Positions 39,901-53,842 of a DNA stretch of 64,000 bases are shown here, one piece after another; within the stretch, counting starts at the first letter, position 1; each line of letters starts with the position of its first letter. Source of the DNA: Eledone cirrhosa. Lineage: Eukaryota. The notes under the pieces are model-generated. The model had not been told where the DNA came from, ran no database searches, and was given only the letters and a program-made list of their open reading frames with translations. The stretch covers positions 88,970,001 through 89,034,000 of the forward strand of contig OZ024743.1 in assembly GCA_964016885.1 (NCBI GenBank), given 5' to 3'. The translations under genes and the position numbers were made by a program.

Positions 39901-42900
39901 AGATAGGAATGACATATTGGACCATATAGATAGGAATGTCATATTGGACCATATAGATAGGAATGTCATATTGGACCATATAGATAGGAATGTCATATTG
40001 GACAGTATAGATAGGAATGTCATATTGGACCATATAGATAGGAATGTCATATTGGACAGTATAGATAGGAATGTCATATTAGACAGTATAGATAGGAATG
40101 TCATATTAGACCATATAGATAGGAATGTCATATTGGACCATATAGATAGGAATGTCATATTGGACAGTATAGATAGGAATGACATATTGGACAGTATAGA
40201 TAGGAATGACATATTGGACCATATAGATAGGAATGTCATATTGGACCATATAGATAGGAATGTCATATTAGACCATATAGATAGGAATGACATATTGGAC
40301 CATATAGATAGGAATGTCATATTAGACCATATAGATAGGAATGACATATTGGACCATATAGATAGGAATGTCATATTGAACCATATAGATAGGAATGTCA
40401 TATTGGACCATATAGATAGGAATGACATATTGGACCATATAGATAGGAATGTCATATTGGACCATATAGATAGGAATGTCATATTAGACATCATAGATAG
40501 GAATGTCATATTAGACCATATAGATAGGAATGTCATATTGGACCATATAGATAGGAATGTCATATTGGACCATATAGATAGGAATGTCATATTAGACCAT
40601 ATAGATAGGAATGTCATATTAGACCATATAGATAGGAATGTCATATTGGACCATATAGATAGGAATGACATATTGGACAGTATAGATAGGAATGACATAT
40701 TGGACCATATAGATGGGAATGTCATATTGGACAGTATAGATAGGAATGTCATATTGGACCATATAGATAGGAATGTCATATTGGACAGTATAGATAGGAA
40801 TGTCATATTAGACCATATAGATAGGAATGTCATATTGTACCATATAGATAGGAATGACATATTGGACAGTATAGATAGGAATGTCATATTGGACCATATA
40901 GATGGGAATGTCATATTGGACCATATAGATAGGAATGACATATTGGACCATATAGATAGGAATGTCATATTAGACCATATAGATAGGAATGTCATATTGG
41001 ACCATATAGATAGGAATGACATATTGGACAGTATAGATAGGAATGTCATATTGGACCATATAGATGGGAATGTCATATTGGACAGTATAGATAGAAATGT
41101 CATATTAGACAGTATAGATAGGAATGTCATATTAGACCATATAGATAGGAATGTCATATTGGACCATATAGATAGGAATGTCATATTGGACAGTATAGAT
41201 AGAAATGTCATATTAGACAGTATAGATAGGAATGTCATATTGGACATCATAGATAGGAATGTCATATTAGACAGTATAGATAGGAATGTCATATTAGACA
41301 TCATAGATAGGAATGTCATATTAGACAGTATAGATAGGAATGTCATATTAGACATCATAGATAGGAATGTCATATTGGACAGTATAGATAGGAATGTCAT
41401 ATTGGACATCATAGATAGGAATGTCATATTAGACATCATAGATAGGAATGTCATATTAGACAGTATAGATAGGAATGTCATATTGGACATCATAGATAGG
41501 AATGTCATATTAGACAGTATAGATAGGAATGTCATATTGGACATCATAGATAGGAATGTCATATTAGACAGTATAGATAGGAATGTCATATTAGACATCA
41601 TAGATAGGAATGTCATATTAGACAGTATAGATAGGAATGTCATATTAGACATCATAGATAGGAATGTCATATTAGACATCATAGATAGGAATGTCATATT
41701 AGACATCATAGATAGGAATGACATATTGGACATCATAGATAGGAATGCCATATTAGACATCATAGATAGGAATGTCATATTAGACATCATAGATAGGAAT
41801 GTCATATTAGACAGTATAGATAGGAATGTCATATTAGACCATATAGATAGGAATGTCATATTGGACCATATAGATAGGAATGTCATATTGGACCATATAG
41901 ATAGGAATGACATATTGGACAGTATAGATAGGAATGACATATTGGACCATATAGATAGGAATGTCATATTGGACCATATAGATAGGAATGTCATATTGGA
42001 CCATATAGATAGGAATGTCATATTGGACAGTATAGATAGGAATGTCATATTGGACCATATAGATAGGAATGTCATATTGGACAGTATAGATAGGAATGTC
42101 ATATTAGACAGTATAGATAGGAATGTCATATTAGACCATATAGATAGGAATGTCATATTGGACCATATAGATAGGAATGTCATATTGGACAGTATAGATA
42201 GGAATGACATATTGGACAGTATAGATAGGAATGACATATTGGACCATATAGATAGGAATGTCATATTGGACCATATAGATAGGAATGTCATATTAGACCA
42301 TATAGATAGGAATGACATATTGGACCATATAGATAGGAATGTCATATTAGACCATATAGATAGGAATGACATATTGGACCATATAGATAGGAATGTCATA
42401 TTGAACCATATAGATAGGAATGTCATATTGGACCATATAGATAGGAATGACATATTGGACCATATAGATAGGAATGTCATATTGGACCATATAGATAGGA
42501 ATGTCATATTAGACATCATAGATAGGAATGTCATATTAGACCATATAGATAGGAATGTCATATTGGACCATATAGATAGGAATGTCATATTGGACCATAT
42601 AGATAGGAATGTCATATTAGACCATATAGATAGGAATGTCATATTAGACCATATAGATAGGAATGTCATATTGGACCATATAGATAGGAATGACATATTG
42701 GACAGTATAGATAGGAATGACATATTGGACCATATAGATGGGAATGTCATATTGGACAGTATAGATAGGAATGTCATATTGGACCATATAGATAGGAATG
42801 TCATATTGGACAGTATAGATAGGAATGTCATATTAGACCATATAGATAGGAATGTCATATTGTACCATATAGATAGGAATGACATATTGGACAGTATAGA

Positions 42901-45900
42901 TAGGAATGTCATATTGGACCATATAGATGGGAATGTCATATTGGACCATATAGATAGGAATGACATATTGGACCATATAGATAGGAATGTCATATTAGAC
43001 CATATAGATAGGAATGTCATATTGGACCATATAGATAGGAATGACATATTGGACAGTATAGATAGGAATGTCATATTGGACCATATAGATGGGAATGTCA
43101 TATTGGACAGTATAGATAGAAATGTCATATTAGACAGTATAGATAGGAATGTCATATTAGACCATATAGATAGGAATGTCATATTGGACCATATAGATAG
43201 GAATGTCATATTGGACAGTATAGATAGAAATGTCATATTAGACAGTATAGATAGGAATGTCATATTAGACCATATAGATAGGAATGTCATATTGGACCAT
43301 ATAGATAGGAATGTCATATTGGACCATATAGATAGGAATGTCATATTGGACCATATAGATAGGAATGTCATATTGGACCATATAGATAGGAATGTCATAT
43401 TAGACCATATAGATAGGAATGTCATATTGGACCATATAGATAGGAATGACATATTGGACCATATAGATAGGAATGTCATATTGGACCATATAGATAGGAA
43501 TGTCATATTGGACCATATAGATAGGAATGTCATATTGGACAGTATAGATAGGAATGTCATATTGGACCATATAGATAGGAATGTCATATTGGACAGTATA
43601 GATAGGAATGTCATATTGGACCATATAGATAGGAATGTCATATTGGACAGTATAGATAGGAATGTCATATTAGACAGTATAGATAGGAATGTCATATTGG
43701 ACCATATAGATAGGAATGTCATATTGGACCATATAGATAGGAATGTCATATTGGACCATATAGATAGGAATGTCATATTGGACCATATAGATAGGAATGT
43801 CATATTGGACCATATAGATAGGAATGTCATATTGGACCATATAGATAGGAATGTCATATTGGACCATATAGATAGGAATGACATATTGGACCATATAGAT
43901 AGGAATGTCATATTGGACCATATAGATAGGAATGTCATATTGGACCATATAGATAGGAATGTCATATTGGACAGTATAGATAGGAATGTCATATTGGACC
44001 ATATAGATAGGAATGTCATATTAGACCATATAGATAGGAATGTCATATCGGACAGTATAGATAGGAATGTCATATTGGACCATATAGATAGGAATGTCAT
44101 ATTGGACCATATAGATAGGAATGTCATATTGGACCATATAGATAGGAATGTCATATTGGACAGTATAGATAGGAATGTCATATTGGACAGTATAGATAGG
44201 AATGTCATATTGGACCATATAGATAGGAATGTCATATTGGACCATATAGATAGGAATGTCATATTGGACCATATAGATAGGAATGTCATATTGGACCATA
44301 TAGATAGGAATGTCATATTGGACCATATAGATAGGAATGTCATATTGGACCATATAGATAGGAATGACATATTGGACAGTATAGATAGGAATGACATTGG
44401 ACCATATAGATAGGAATGACATATTGGACCATATAGATAGGAATGTCATATTGGACCGTATAGATAGGAATGTCATATTGGACCATATAGATAGGAATGT
44501 TATATTGGACCATATAGATAGGAATGTCATATTGGACCATATAGATAGGAATGACATATTGGACAGTATAGACAGGAATGACATATTGGACCATATAGAT
44601 AGGAATGACATATTGGACCATATAGATAGGAATGACATATTGGACAGTATAGATAGGAATGACATATTGGACCATATAGATAGGAATGACATATTGGACC
44701 ATATAGATAGGAATGACATATTGGACCATATAGATAGGAATGACATATTGGACAGTATAGATAAGAATGACATATTGGACCATATAGCTAGGAATGACAT
44801 ATTGGACCATATAGATAGGAATGACATATTGGACAGTATAGATAGGAATGACATATTGGACCATATAGATAGGAATGACATATTGGACAGTATAGATAAG
44901 AATGACATATTGGACCATATAGATAGGAATGACATATTGGACCATATAGATAGGAATGACATATTGGACAGTATAGATAGGAATGACATATTGGACCATA
45001 TAGATAGGAATGGCATATTGGACCATATAGATAGGAATGACATATTGGACCATATAGATAGGAATGACATATTGGACAGTATAGATAGGAATGACATATT
45101 GGACCATATAGATAGGAATGACATATTGGACAGTATAGATAAGAATGACATATTGGACCATATAGATAGGAATGACATATTGGACAGTATAGATAAGAAT
45201 GACATATTGGACCATATAGATAGGAATGACATATTGGACCATATAGATAGGAATCACATATTGGACAGTATAGATAAGAATGACATATTGGACCATATAG
45301 ATAGGAATGACATATTGGACCATATAGATAGGAATGACATATTGGACCATATAGATAGGAATGACATATTGGACAGTATAGATAGGAATGACATATTGGA
45401 CCATATAGATAGGAATGACATATTGGACCATATAGATAGGAATGACATATTGGACAGTATAGATAGGAATGACATATTGGACCATATAGATAGGAATGAC
45501 ATATTGGACAGTATAGATAGGAATGACATATTGGACCATATAGATAGGAATGACATATTGGACCATATAGATAGGAATGACATATTGGACAGTATAGATA
45601 GGAATGACATATTGGACCATATAGATAGGAATGACATATTGGACCATATAGATAGGAATGACATATTGGACAGTATAGATAAGAATGACATATTGGACCA
45701 TATAGATAGGAATGACATATTGGACCATATAGATAGGAATGACATATTGGACAGTATAGATAGGAATGACATATTGGACCATATAGATAGGAATGACATA
45801 TTGGACCATATAGATAGGAATGACATATTGGACCATATAGATAGGAATGACATATTGGACCATATAGATAGGAATGACATATTGGACCATATAGATAGGA

Positions 45901-47946
45901 ATGACATATTGGACCATATATATAGGAATGACATATTGGACAGTATAGATAGGAATGTCATATTAGACAGTATAGATAGGAATGTCATATTGGACCATAT
46001 AGATAGGAATGTCATATTGGACCATATAGATAGGAATGTCATATTGGACAGTATAGATAGGAATGTCATATTGGACCATATAGATAGGAATGTCATATCG
46101 GACAGTATAGATAGGAATGTCATATTGGACCATATAGATAGGAATGTCATATTGGACCATATAGATAGGAATGTCATATTAGACCATATAGATGGGAATG
46201 TCATATTGGACCATATAGATAGGAATGTCATATTGGACCATATAGATAGGAATGACATATTGGACAGTATAGATAGGAATGTCATATTAGACCATATAGA
46301 TGGGAATGTCATATTGGACCATATAGATAGGAATGTCATATTGGACCATATAGATAGGAATGACATATTGGACAGTATAGATAGGAATGACATTGGACCA
46401 TATAGATAGGAATGACATATTGGACCATATAGATAGGAATGTCATATTGGACCGTATAGATAGGAATGTCATATTGGACCATATAGATAGGAATGTCATA
46501 TTGGACCATATAGATAGGAATGTTATATTGGACCATATAGATAGGAATGTCATATTGGACCATATAGATAGGAATGACATATTGGACAGTATAGATAGGA
46601 ATGACATATTGGACCATATAGATAGGAATGACATATTGGACCATATAGATAGGAATGACATATTTGACCATATAGATAGGAATGACATATTGGACAGTAT
46701 AGATAAGAATGACATATTGGACCATATAGATAGGAATGACATATTGGACCATATAGATAGGAATGACATATTGGACAGTATAGATAGGAATGACATATTG
46801 GACCATATAGATAGGAATGACATATTGGACAGTATAGATAAGAATGACATATTGGACCATATAGATAGGAATGACATATTGGACCATATAGATAGGAATG
46901 ACATATTGGACAGTATAGATAGGAATGACATATTGGACCATATAGATAGGAATGACATATTGGACCATATAGATAGGAATGACATATTGGACCATATAGA
47001 TAGGAATGACATATTGGACAGTATAGATAGGAATGACATATTGGACCATATAGATAGGAATGACATATTGGACAGTATAGATAAGAATGACATATTGGAC
47101 CATATAGATAGGAATGACATATTGGACAGTATAGATAAGAATGACATATTGGACCATATAGATAGGAATGACATATTGGACCATATAGATAGGAATCACA
47201 TATTGGACAGTATAGATAAGAATGACATATTGGACCATATAGATAGGAATGACATATTGGACCATATAGATAGGAATGACATATTGGACCATATAGATAG
47301 GAATGACATATTGGACAGTATAGATAGGAATGACATATTGGACCATATAGATAGGAATGACATATTGGACCATATAGATAGGAATGACATATTGGACAGT
47401 ATAGATAGGAATGACATATTGGACCATATAGATAGGAATGACATATTGGACAGTATAGATAGGAATGACATATTGGACCATATAGATAGGAATGACATAT
47501 TGGACCATATAGATAGGAATGACATATTGGACAGTATAGATAGGAATGACATATTGGACCATATAGATAGGAATGACATATTGGACCATATAGATAGGAA
47601 TGACATATTGGACAGTATAGATAAGAATGACATATTGGACCATATAGATAGGAATGACATATTGGACCATATAGATAGGAATGACATATTGGACAGTATA
47701 GATAGGAATGACATATTGGACCATATAGATAGGAATGACATATTGGACCATATAGATAGGAATGACATATTGGACCATATAGATAGGAATGACATATTGG
47801 ACAGTATAGATAAGAATGACATATTGGACAGTATAGATAGGAATGACATATTGGACCATATAGATAGGAATGTCATATTAGACCATATAGATAGGAATGA
47901 CATATTGGACAGTATAGATAGAAATGACATATTGGACAGTATAGAT
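36955..47946. repeat. 27-bp tandem satellite (ATAGATAGGAATG[T/A]CATATT[G/A]GAC[ATC/AGT/CAT]), ~407 units
   Basis: Exact 27-bp period; explains all 9-aa-periodic ORFs on both strands. Confidence 0.99.
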
Positions 47947-48490
47947 CAAGATAGATATATAAAAAGATAGGATGGTTACTAATGGACATGGTTAGATTAA
48001 AGCAATCTGGGGCTCTAGAAAACATTTTATGACCCCTCCAGTACCTTGTCACAAGTAACTTAATGAAGAATAAAAGTACATGAATGTAGGTCTACTGGTA
48101 GAATGGTGTTGAGATTCCAACATTAACCCATGCTGACCTCTAAAACAGAAGTGATGACCTTGAAGTAAAAGAAATGTATTTAATAACAATTAAAATGTTC
48201 TAAATGTTTGTATGTCATTGAGAAGACAACTTGATGATGTATATCAATATCACCTCTACTGCCACCACCTTCATAATCACCAACAACACCACCACTGCCA
48301 CTTTCAACAATAATAACACCAACTCCACCAAAACCATCAACACCACTACCACCATCAACAACAATAACATAACTCCACTTCCAACACAACCACCTCTACC
48401 ACAACTTCCACCACCACCACAACAACTACAACTCGGAATGTAGCTGCATCACAACAGGAAGAGAAAGTGAGAGATAGGTTTATCATTACA

Positions 48491-49360
48491 CTAGCAGTAA
48501 AGCCCGGCGTTGCTCGGGGTCGCTCAGTAGCTGTGTTAAAGCTACAATGTTAAGTTTCTTTTTTGGCTTAAAGTCTGTCTGCACGACTGTCTGTCTGCAC
48601 GCCTAACGAAATTTACAGATACATATATTTTAAATAAACTTATATAATTTTTGCTTTCTTTTACGAAATATTTGCTTGTTTTACGTAGTCTTTAAATAGA
48701 CTTGTTTTCAAGTAAAAATATTGTTTTAAAAGGCTTTTAAATGGAAATGAAGCAAAACGGAAGCTTAGTGTTCGAACTGATGAATTTTGCAGGTCAAAGT
48801 TTTGCTGGCTCGACAATTGTTCGTGTATTGTGTTAATGTCATTTTAAACGCTGAGAAAGCCAGCGTAATTTTTTTAATTTTTGCACGCAGAAAATGTAAA
48901 CAGAACGTAAGACGCTCAATGTAAACAGAACAAAGGGAAATAACTCGTCATTTACGCTCAAAAATCGATACATTAGATTCGATTTCGTCACATAGGGTGG
49001 GTCAATTTGAAATATTTTTTTTCCGATGACTTCGCTAGGGCTCAATGTACAAGTATAGCAATTCCGTCAGAGATTCTAAGAGGAGATGTGTGCCAAAAAT
49101 CGATAGACAGACAGACAACCACAGCTTTATATATATAGAACAAAGGGAAATAACTCGTCACTTACGCTCAAAAATCGATACATTAGATTCGATTTCGTCA
49201 CATAGGGTGGGTCAATTTGAAATATTTTTTTTCCGATGTCTTCGCTAGGGCTCAATGTACAAGTATAGCAATTTCGGTGCAATTCCGTCAGAGATTCTAA
49301 GAGGCGATGTGTGCCAAAAATCGATAGACAGACAGACAACCACAGCTTTATATATATAGA
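48491..49360 (-). mobile_element. Complete non-autonomous Helitron with duplicated 5' end
   Basis: Minus strand starts TCTATATATATAAAGCTG + (GTCT)n and ends with hairpin CCCGAGCAACGCCGGG + CTAG; inserted between A and T. Confidence 0.9.
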
Positions 49361-50374
49361 TGAGATGGAGTGGACCTTAGGTTGCCTATTGTGATTAAAT
49401 TTAGACCTCCTTCCTACAATTGCTGCTTATGTGGGGGTAGTTTTAACCAACTCCACCTGTCATAGTTGTTAGATTATAAGGAGTGGAGAAAGACCTCTAG
49501 CTTCTCCAGACAGTGAATCTTCACAGCAGGAGCAGGAGCAACAAGGGAGATAATCTCCATCTTTGTATGTGGAACTTGGACCCTAACAATGTTCACAGTC
49601 AAGTCCTTCAATAGCTGCTACAATTACATGTTCTAGATGACCTTCATTTAAGATTAGATGGATGTAGAAAGTGACCAGTGAGTAATTTCTATGGTGACCA
49701 TAGAAATTACTCACCAGTTGACTGCCAAAACGACAGGAAGATAACTGCAGCTGACACAGACATAGGCTGGGTAGTGTGTTGGGCAACAAGCTCCCTCCAA
49801 TGCACATGATCCACTGCTGCTCTGTTGCATGTGTTCCAGGTGTTTTTAATGACCTTCAGAGTGTCTTGAAATGTCTGCCACTGGATGATCTTCAATCTGA
49901 CCTTTCTTCTGTTAGCTTTTAAGTCATTGCTGTTTTCAAACACTGGTGATCAGGTAGATGGAGAATGTGGCCAGCCTGCTGGAACCATTTCTCTGTAATT
50001 ATATTTTGTAGCAGTTGTGTCACTGTAGCCTCTGTTTACTACTACCTCTACATGTTCACTTGACTTGCTACACATAGCAGCCAAATAGCCTTGAAATATC
50101 ACCCTACTACTGTCTAGAAAAATAGGACGCATTAAATAATATCTTAAATGGAGTACGTTGGAAAAAGAGATGTGATGGTAACAGGTCTGTCTGGTTTGAC
50201 CTAAGCTGACCTTGAATTAAACAACAACAGCATGAACAAAAACTTTCTTGGGGAATAGAATCTTCTGCCAGAGTGTTCCATCAGTAGTCTTCTTCATTTC
50301 AAATCTGACATAAGTTAAACAATTTTTTTTTATAATAAAAAATATTAACTGTTATTTTATATGCTGTTGGTATA

Positions 50375-50650
50375 TCTTAAAGAGATCACAGTTCTGATAC
50401 TATGGGCATGTGATTAGAATGTCGCAGGAGAGAATCGCTGGACAGATTTTATAGGCAAAATCAACCGTCATGAGACCTAGGGGTAGACCCCAAGCAAGAT
50501 GGCTGGATTACATCCATGAGCTTCGCAGTTCTTGCTTGGGGATCCAGCTGGATCAGTTGGAGATGGTTGCTTCTGACAGGACCCGCTGGAGAGAGTGTTT
50601 GAGGACTCTACATCCCCACGACCATCTCAGGAATAAGTGGGTTAAAAAGA
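50375..50650 (+). mobile_element. RTE (Expander/Rex3-like) LINE 3' fragment
   Basis: YYGHVIRMSQER...RPRGRPQARWLDYI...DRTRWRE. Confidence 0.85.
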
Positions 50651-50911
50651 TTTATCTTATATATGATAATAATACTGCTATAGTGTGTATATTTAAACAT
50701 ATAATTATATATAGATAGATAGATACCAATAAATGTTTTAAGGTTGTTTCCCTTGCAAAATCAGAGATTAGATTTATGAACCCCATGGCAGGCTTCATAC
50801 TCCTTTTTGAGATAGATTTTTATGGCTGGATGCCCTTCATGGGGCCAACAATTTTAATTGCTACGTAATGAAATGCAGGGATATGAGGTACCTATTCTAA
50901 CGATATGCTAT

Positions 50912-50983
<72 letters not shown>

Positions 50984-51130
50984 TAACAGTTTAAACTTTA
51001 ATCTGTTATTTTAATAAATAAATTTAATAAATATTTGCTCTACGGTTCTTACATATTTGATATATATTTATCCTTATCGAGCCCTCTTTGGATTTTAGTC
51101 TTCAAATTTATTATTATTACTATATATATA

Positions 51131-51320
51131 AGGGCAGTGAATTGGCAGTATCGGTAGAGGGTTGGACACCATGCTTTCTAGCACAGTTACGTCCCTTTAC
51201 ATTCTGAGTTCAAATCCCGTCGAGGTTAACTTTGCCTTTCATCCTTACGGGGTCGATAAAATAAAGTACCAGTAATGTACTGGGTAATTTCTGGCTTTGT
51301 GCCTAAAGTAGAAACAATTA
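51131..51320 (+). mobile_element. tRNA-derived SINE, family 1
   Basis: A and B boxes and family body. Confidence 0.9.
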
Positions 51321-51528
51321 CTATATATGTATATATGAAAATATATATCGTTTTTTATAAAAACAATATAAAAAAATAAGAAACATAGGTGGAGGAGTTA
51401 AAAACAGCTCAAAATAGAATAATTTTCCAAAAAAATCATGTATACAATATCCTGTTGTGCTAAAAATAATAATTACACATGAAGCAAATTATTCATTAAA
51501 ATAGATACCAAATACGTTTCTACATTAA

Positions 51529-51738
51529 CCCTTTAGCATTCATATTACTCTATATATACTATTATATTTTCAAGGTAATGGCTTTATCTCGCATAATTAT
51601 CTCACATAATACCGAATCTATGAGATTTTGAAAGTATTTATTTTGAGAACAATACCTTAACATCAGTTTCGGTGACCAGTTTCAGCCAGTTTCAACAGAA
51701 GAGGGTAGAGAATTCTGGCCGGTTTGAACATTAAAGGA
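51529..51738. mobile_element. piggyBac-like MITE
   Basis: TTAA-CCCTTTAGCATT ... AAAGGA-TTAA; homologous to 56088-56307. Confidence 0.8.
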
Positions 51739-51839
51739 TTAAATGTTGATTTACAAACGTTTTGTCCTCTTCTTGGGACTTGTCAAAATCAGTTATTTAA
51801 TATTAAAACCTCACTATAAACCTCACCAAAACACTCAAC

Positions 51840-52455
51840 AGCCAGCAGCCAAGAAGGCTGAGGGTGTCTTAGCATCACTCAGCAAGACCTTTGTCAGCTG
51901 TTCTCCAGCTATCTATTTAAAGCTGTATATAGCTACGGTGCGGCCACACGTAGAATTTGCATCACCAGTCTGGAACCCTTATCTTGCTCAGAATATTGAC
52001 CTCCTGGAAACTGTTGAGAGACGTGCAACCAAGCGAATACCCTCCATCAGGCATCTACCATACTCTGAACGCCTTGCTTCCCTGGGCATGGATACATTGA
52101 AACTCCGACGTCTGGCAACTGACTTGGTAAACACCCACAAAATTATTAACCATCTTGCCAACAACAACCCTGAGCACCTTTTCGATGTGTCTCAAACATG
52201 TGGGCATGCCTACAAAGTCAGAAAACAGCAGAGCTCCCATGACTTTCGGAAACATTTTTTCATGCTCAGAGTTGCTGAAGCATGGAACAAACTACCTGCA
52301 TCAGTTGTTAGCTCTCGAGACACTGCATCCTTTAAAACCCCCATGCTTTCTGAGATTTGTCAACACTACACCTGATGTCCCCTCCATACACACACACATG
52401 TATATCACAACTCATACACTGTTCATTTTCCTGACATTTGAACATTATTCTATGT
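51840..52455 (+). mobile_element. CR1-clade LINE 3' fragment
   Basis: LYIATVRPHVEFASPVWNP...LETVERRATK...YSERLASLG...LRRL...FFMLRVAEAWNKLP. Confidence 0.93.
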
Positions 52456-52468
52456 ACTATAGAATAAT

Positions 52469-52656
52469 TGTTTCTACTTTTTGGCACAAGGCCAGCAATT
52501 ACCCAGTGCATTACTGGTACTTTATTTTATCGACCCCGTAAGGATGAAAGGCAAAGTCAACCTCGGTGGGATTTGAACTCAGATCGTTAAGGAACATAAC
52601 TATGTTGGAAAGCATGGCGTCCGACCCTCTACTGATACTGCCAATCCACCGCCCTT
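52469..52656 (-). mobile_element. tRNA-derived SINE, family 1, with 14-bp TSD
   Basis: TACTATAGAATAAT at 52455-52468 and 52660-52673. Confidence 0.92.
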
Positions 52657-52689
52657 ATATACTATAGAATAATGTTCAAATGTCAGGAA

Positions 52690-52822
52690 AATCCCGGCGA
52701 GGTTAACTTTGCCTTTCATCCTTACGGGGTTGATAAAATAAAGTACCAGTAATGCACTGGGTAATTGCTGGCCTTGAGCCAAAAGTAGAAGCAATTATTA
52801 TTATTATTATTATTATTATTAT
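52690..52822 (+). mobile_element. 5'-truncated family-1 SINE with (TTA)n tail
   Basis: Begins inside the B box (AAATCCCG). Confidence 0.88.
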
Positions 52823-53124
52823 TGTTATTATATATATATATCTCTTCCATGCTAGCATGGGTAGGACGGGCTGTCCCCTTGTGGGGGATCAGGTCGGGGG
52901 ACCGTGATTCGCTCAAGCGATTAGTGAAATCTAGACACCTGATCAACGAAACAATTGTCAGTACTTTAAATAAAGCCCTTATTGTACAGCCAACCATGTT
53001 ACTCTTCTTTCTTTAATTCTTTAACTATATATATATATATATGAGAGTAAGACACAGTCACATGACCCAACTTACCTCAAATGGGATGACCTGTCTAACC
53101 CATGCTAGCATGGAAAATGGACGT

Positions 53125-53155
<31 letters not shown>

Positions 53156-53489
53156 TTTGTATATCCAAACAAGAAAAGTGAAGAAGTGATACAACAAACA
53201 ACATAGCAAGCAATGAATTCACAGTAGAAAAAATTATTTAAATCAATAATGCATTGTTTGTGGAGAGGGGTGAATAACAAGGTGTTACCTTGTGTTAGCC
53301 AAAATCTTTTTTTGTTATTCATCTGGTGGCTGCTTTTGTGGCCAGCTAACTTGAGTTTGTTGTTTTGTTATATGCAGCATTTTGACATAATTATTATTTC
53401 AAAATATCAACATATTCATTAGGAGTTCTCTGAGTCGCAATTTTCTCTTGTACATGTCTGTAGTCTGTGTTTGTATGTGTGTGTATGTG

Positions 53490-53842
53490 TATCATCATTG
53501 TTTAATGTCCAATTTCCACGCTTGCATGGGTTAGACAAGTCCCGTTTGAGGCAAGTTGGGTGAGGAGACCGTGTCTCGCTCATATAGGACTATTTCTGGC
53601 AAGATTTCTACAGCTGGATGTCCTTCCTAACACCAACCACATTTACAGTGTTTGCTGGGTGCTTTTTGTCGTCGCACCCACATGACTACTTTATGGTGTG
53701 GACTGGATGCTTTTTGTCGTGATACCTACACAACCACTTTACAGTGTGGACTGGGTGCTTTTTGTCGTGTTGCCATCATGACCACTTTACAGTGTGGACT
53801 GGGTGCTTTTTATCATGTTGCCATCACGACCACTTTACAGTA
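53490..53842 (-). mobile_element. RTE-LINE/SINE-type 3' tail with ~42-bp subrepeats
   Basis: Reverse complement of the 18110-18432 type. Confidence 0.85.

Noticed and set aside
52885-52963. Complete hammerhead (GATCAGGT/ACCTGATC stem plus GAAACAATTGTC)
   Set aside because: No CUGANGA or stem I upstream; the 5' side is a reversed LINE tail. Counted only as a half motif
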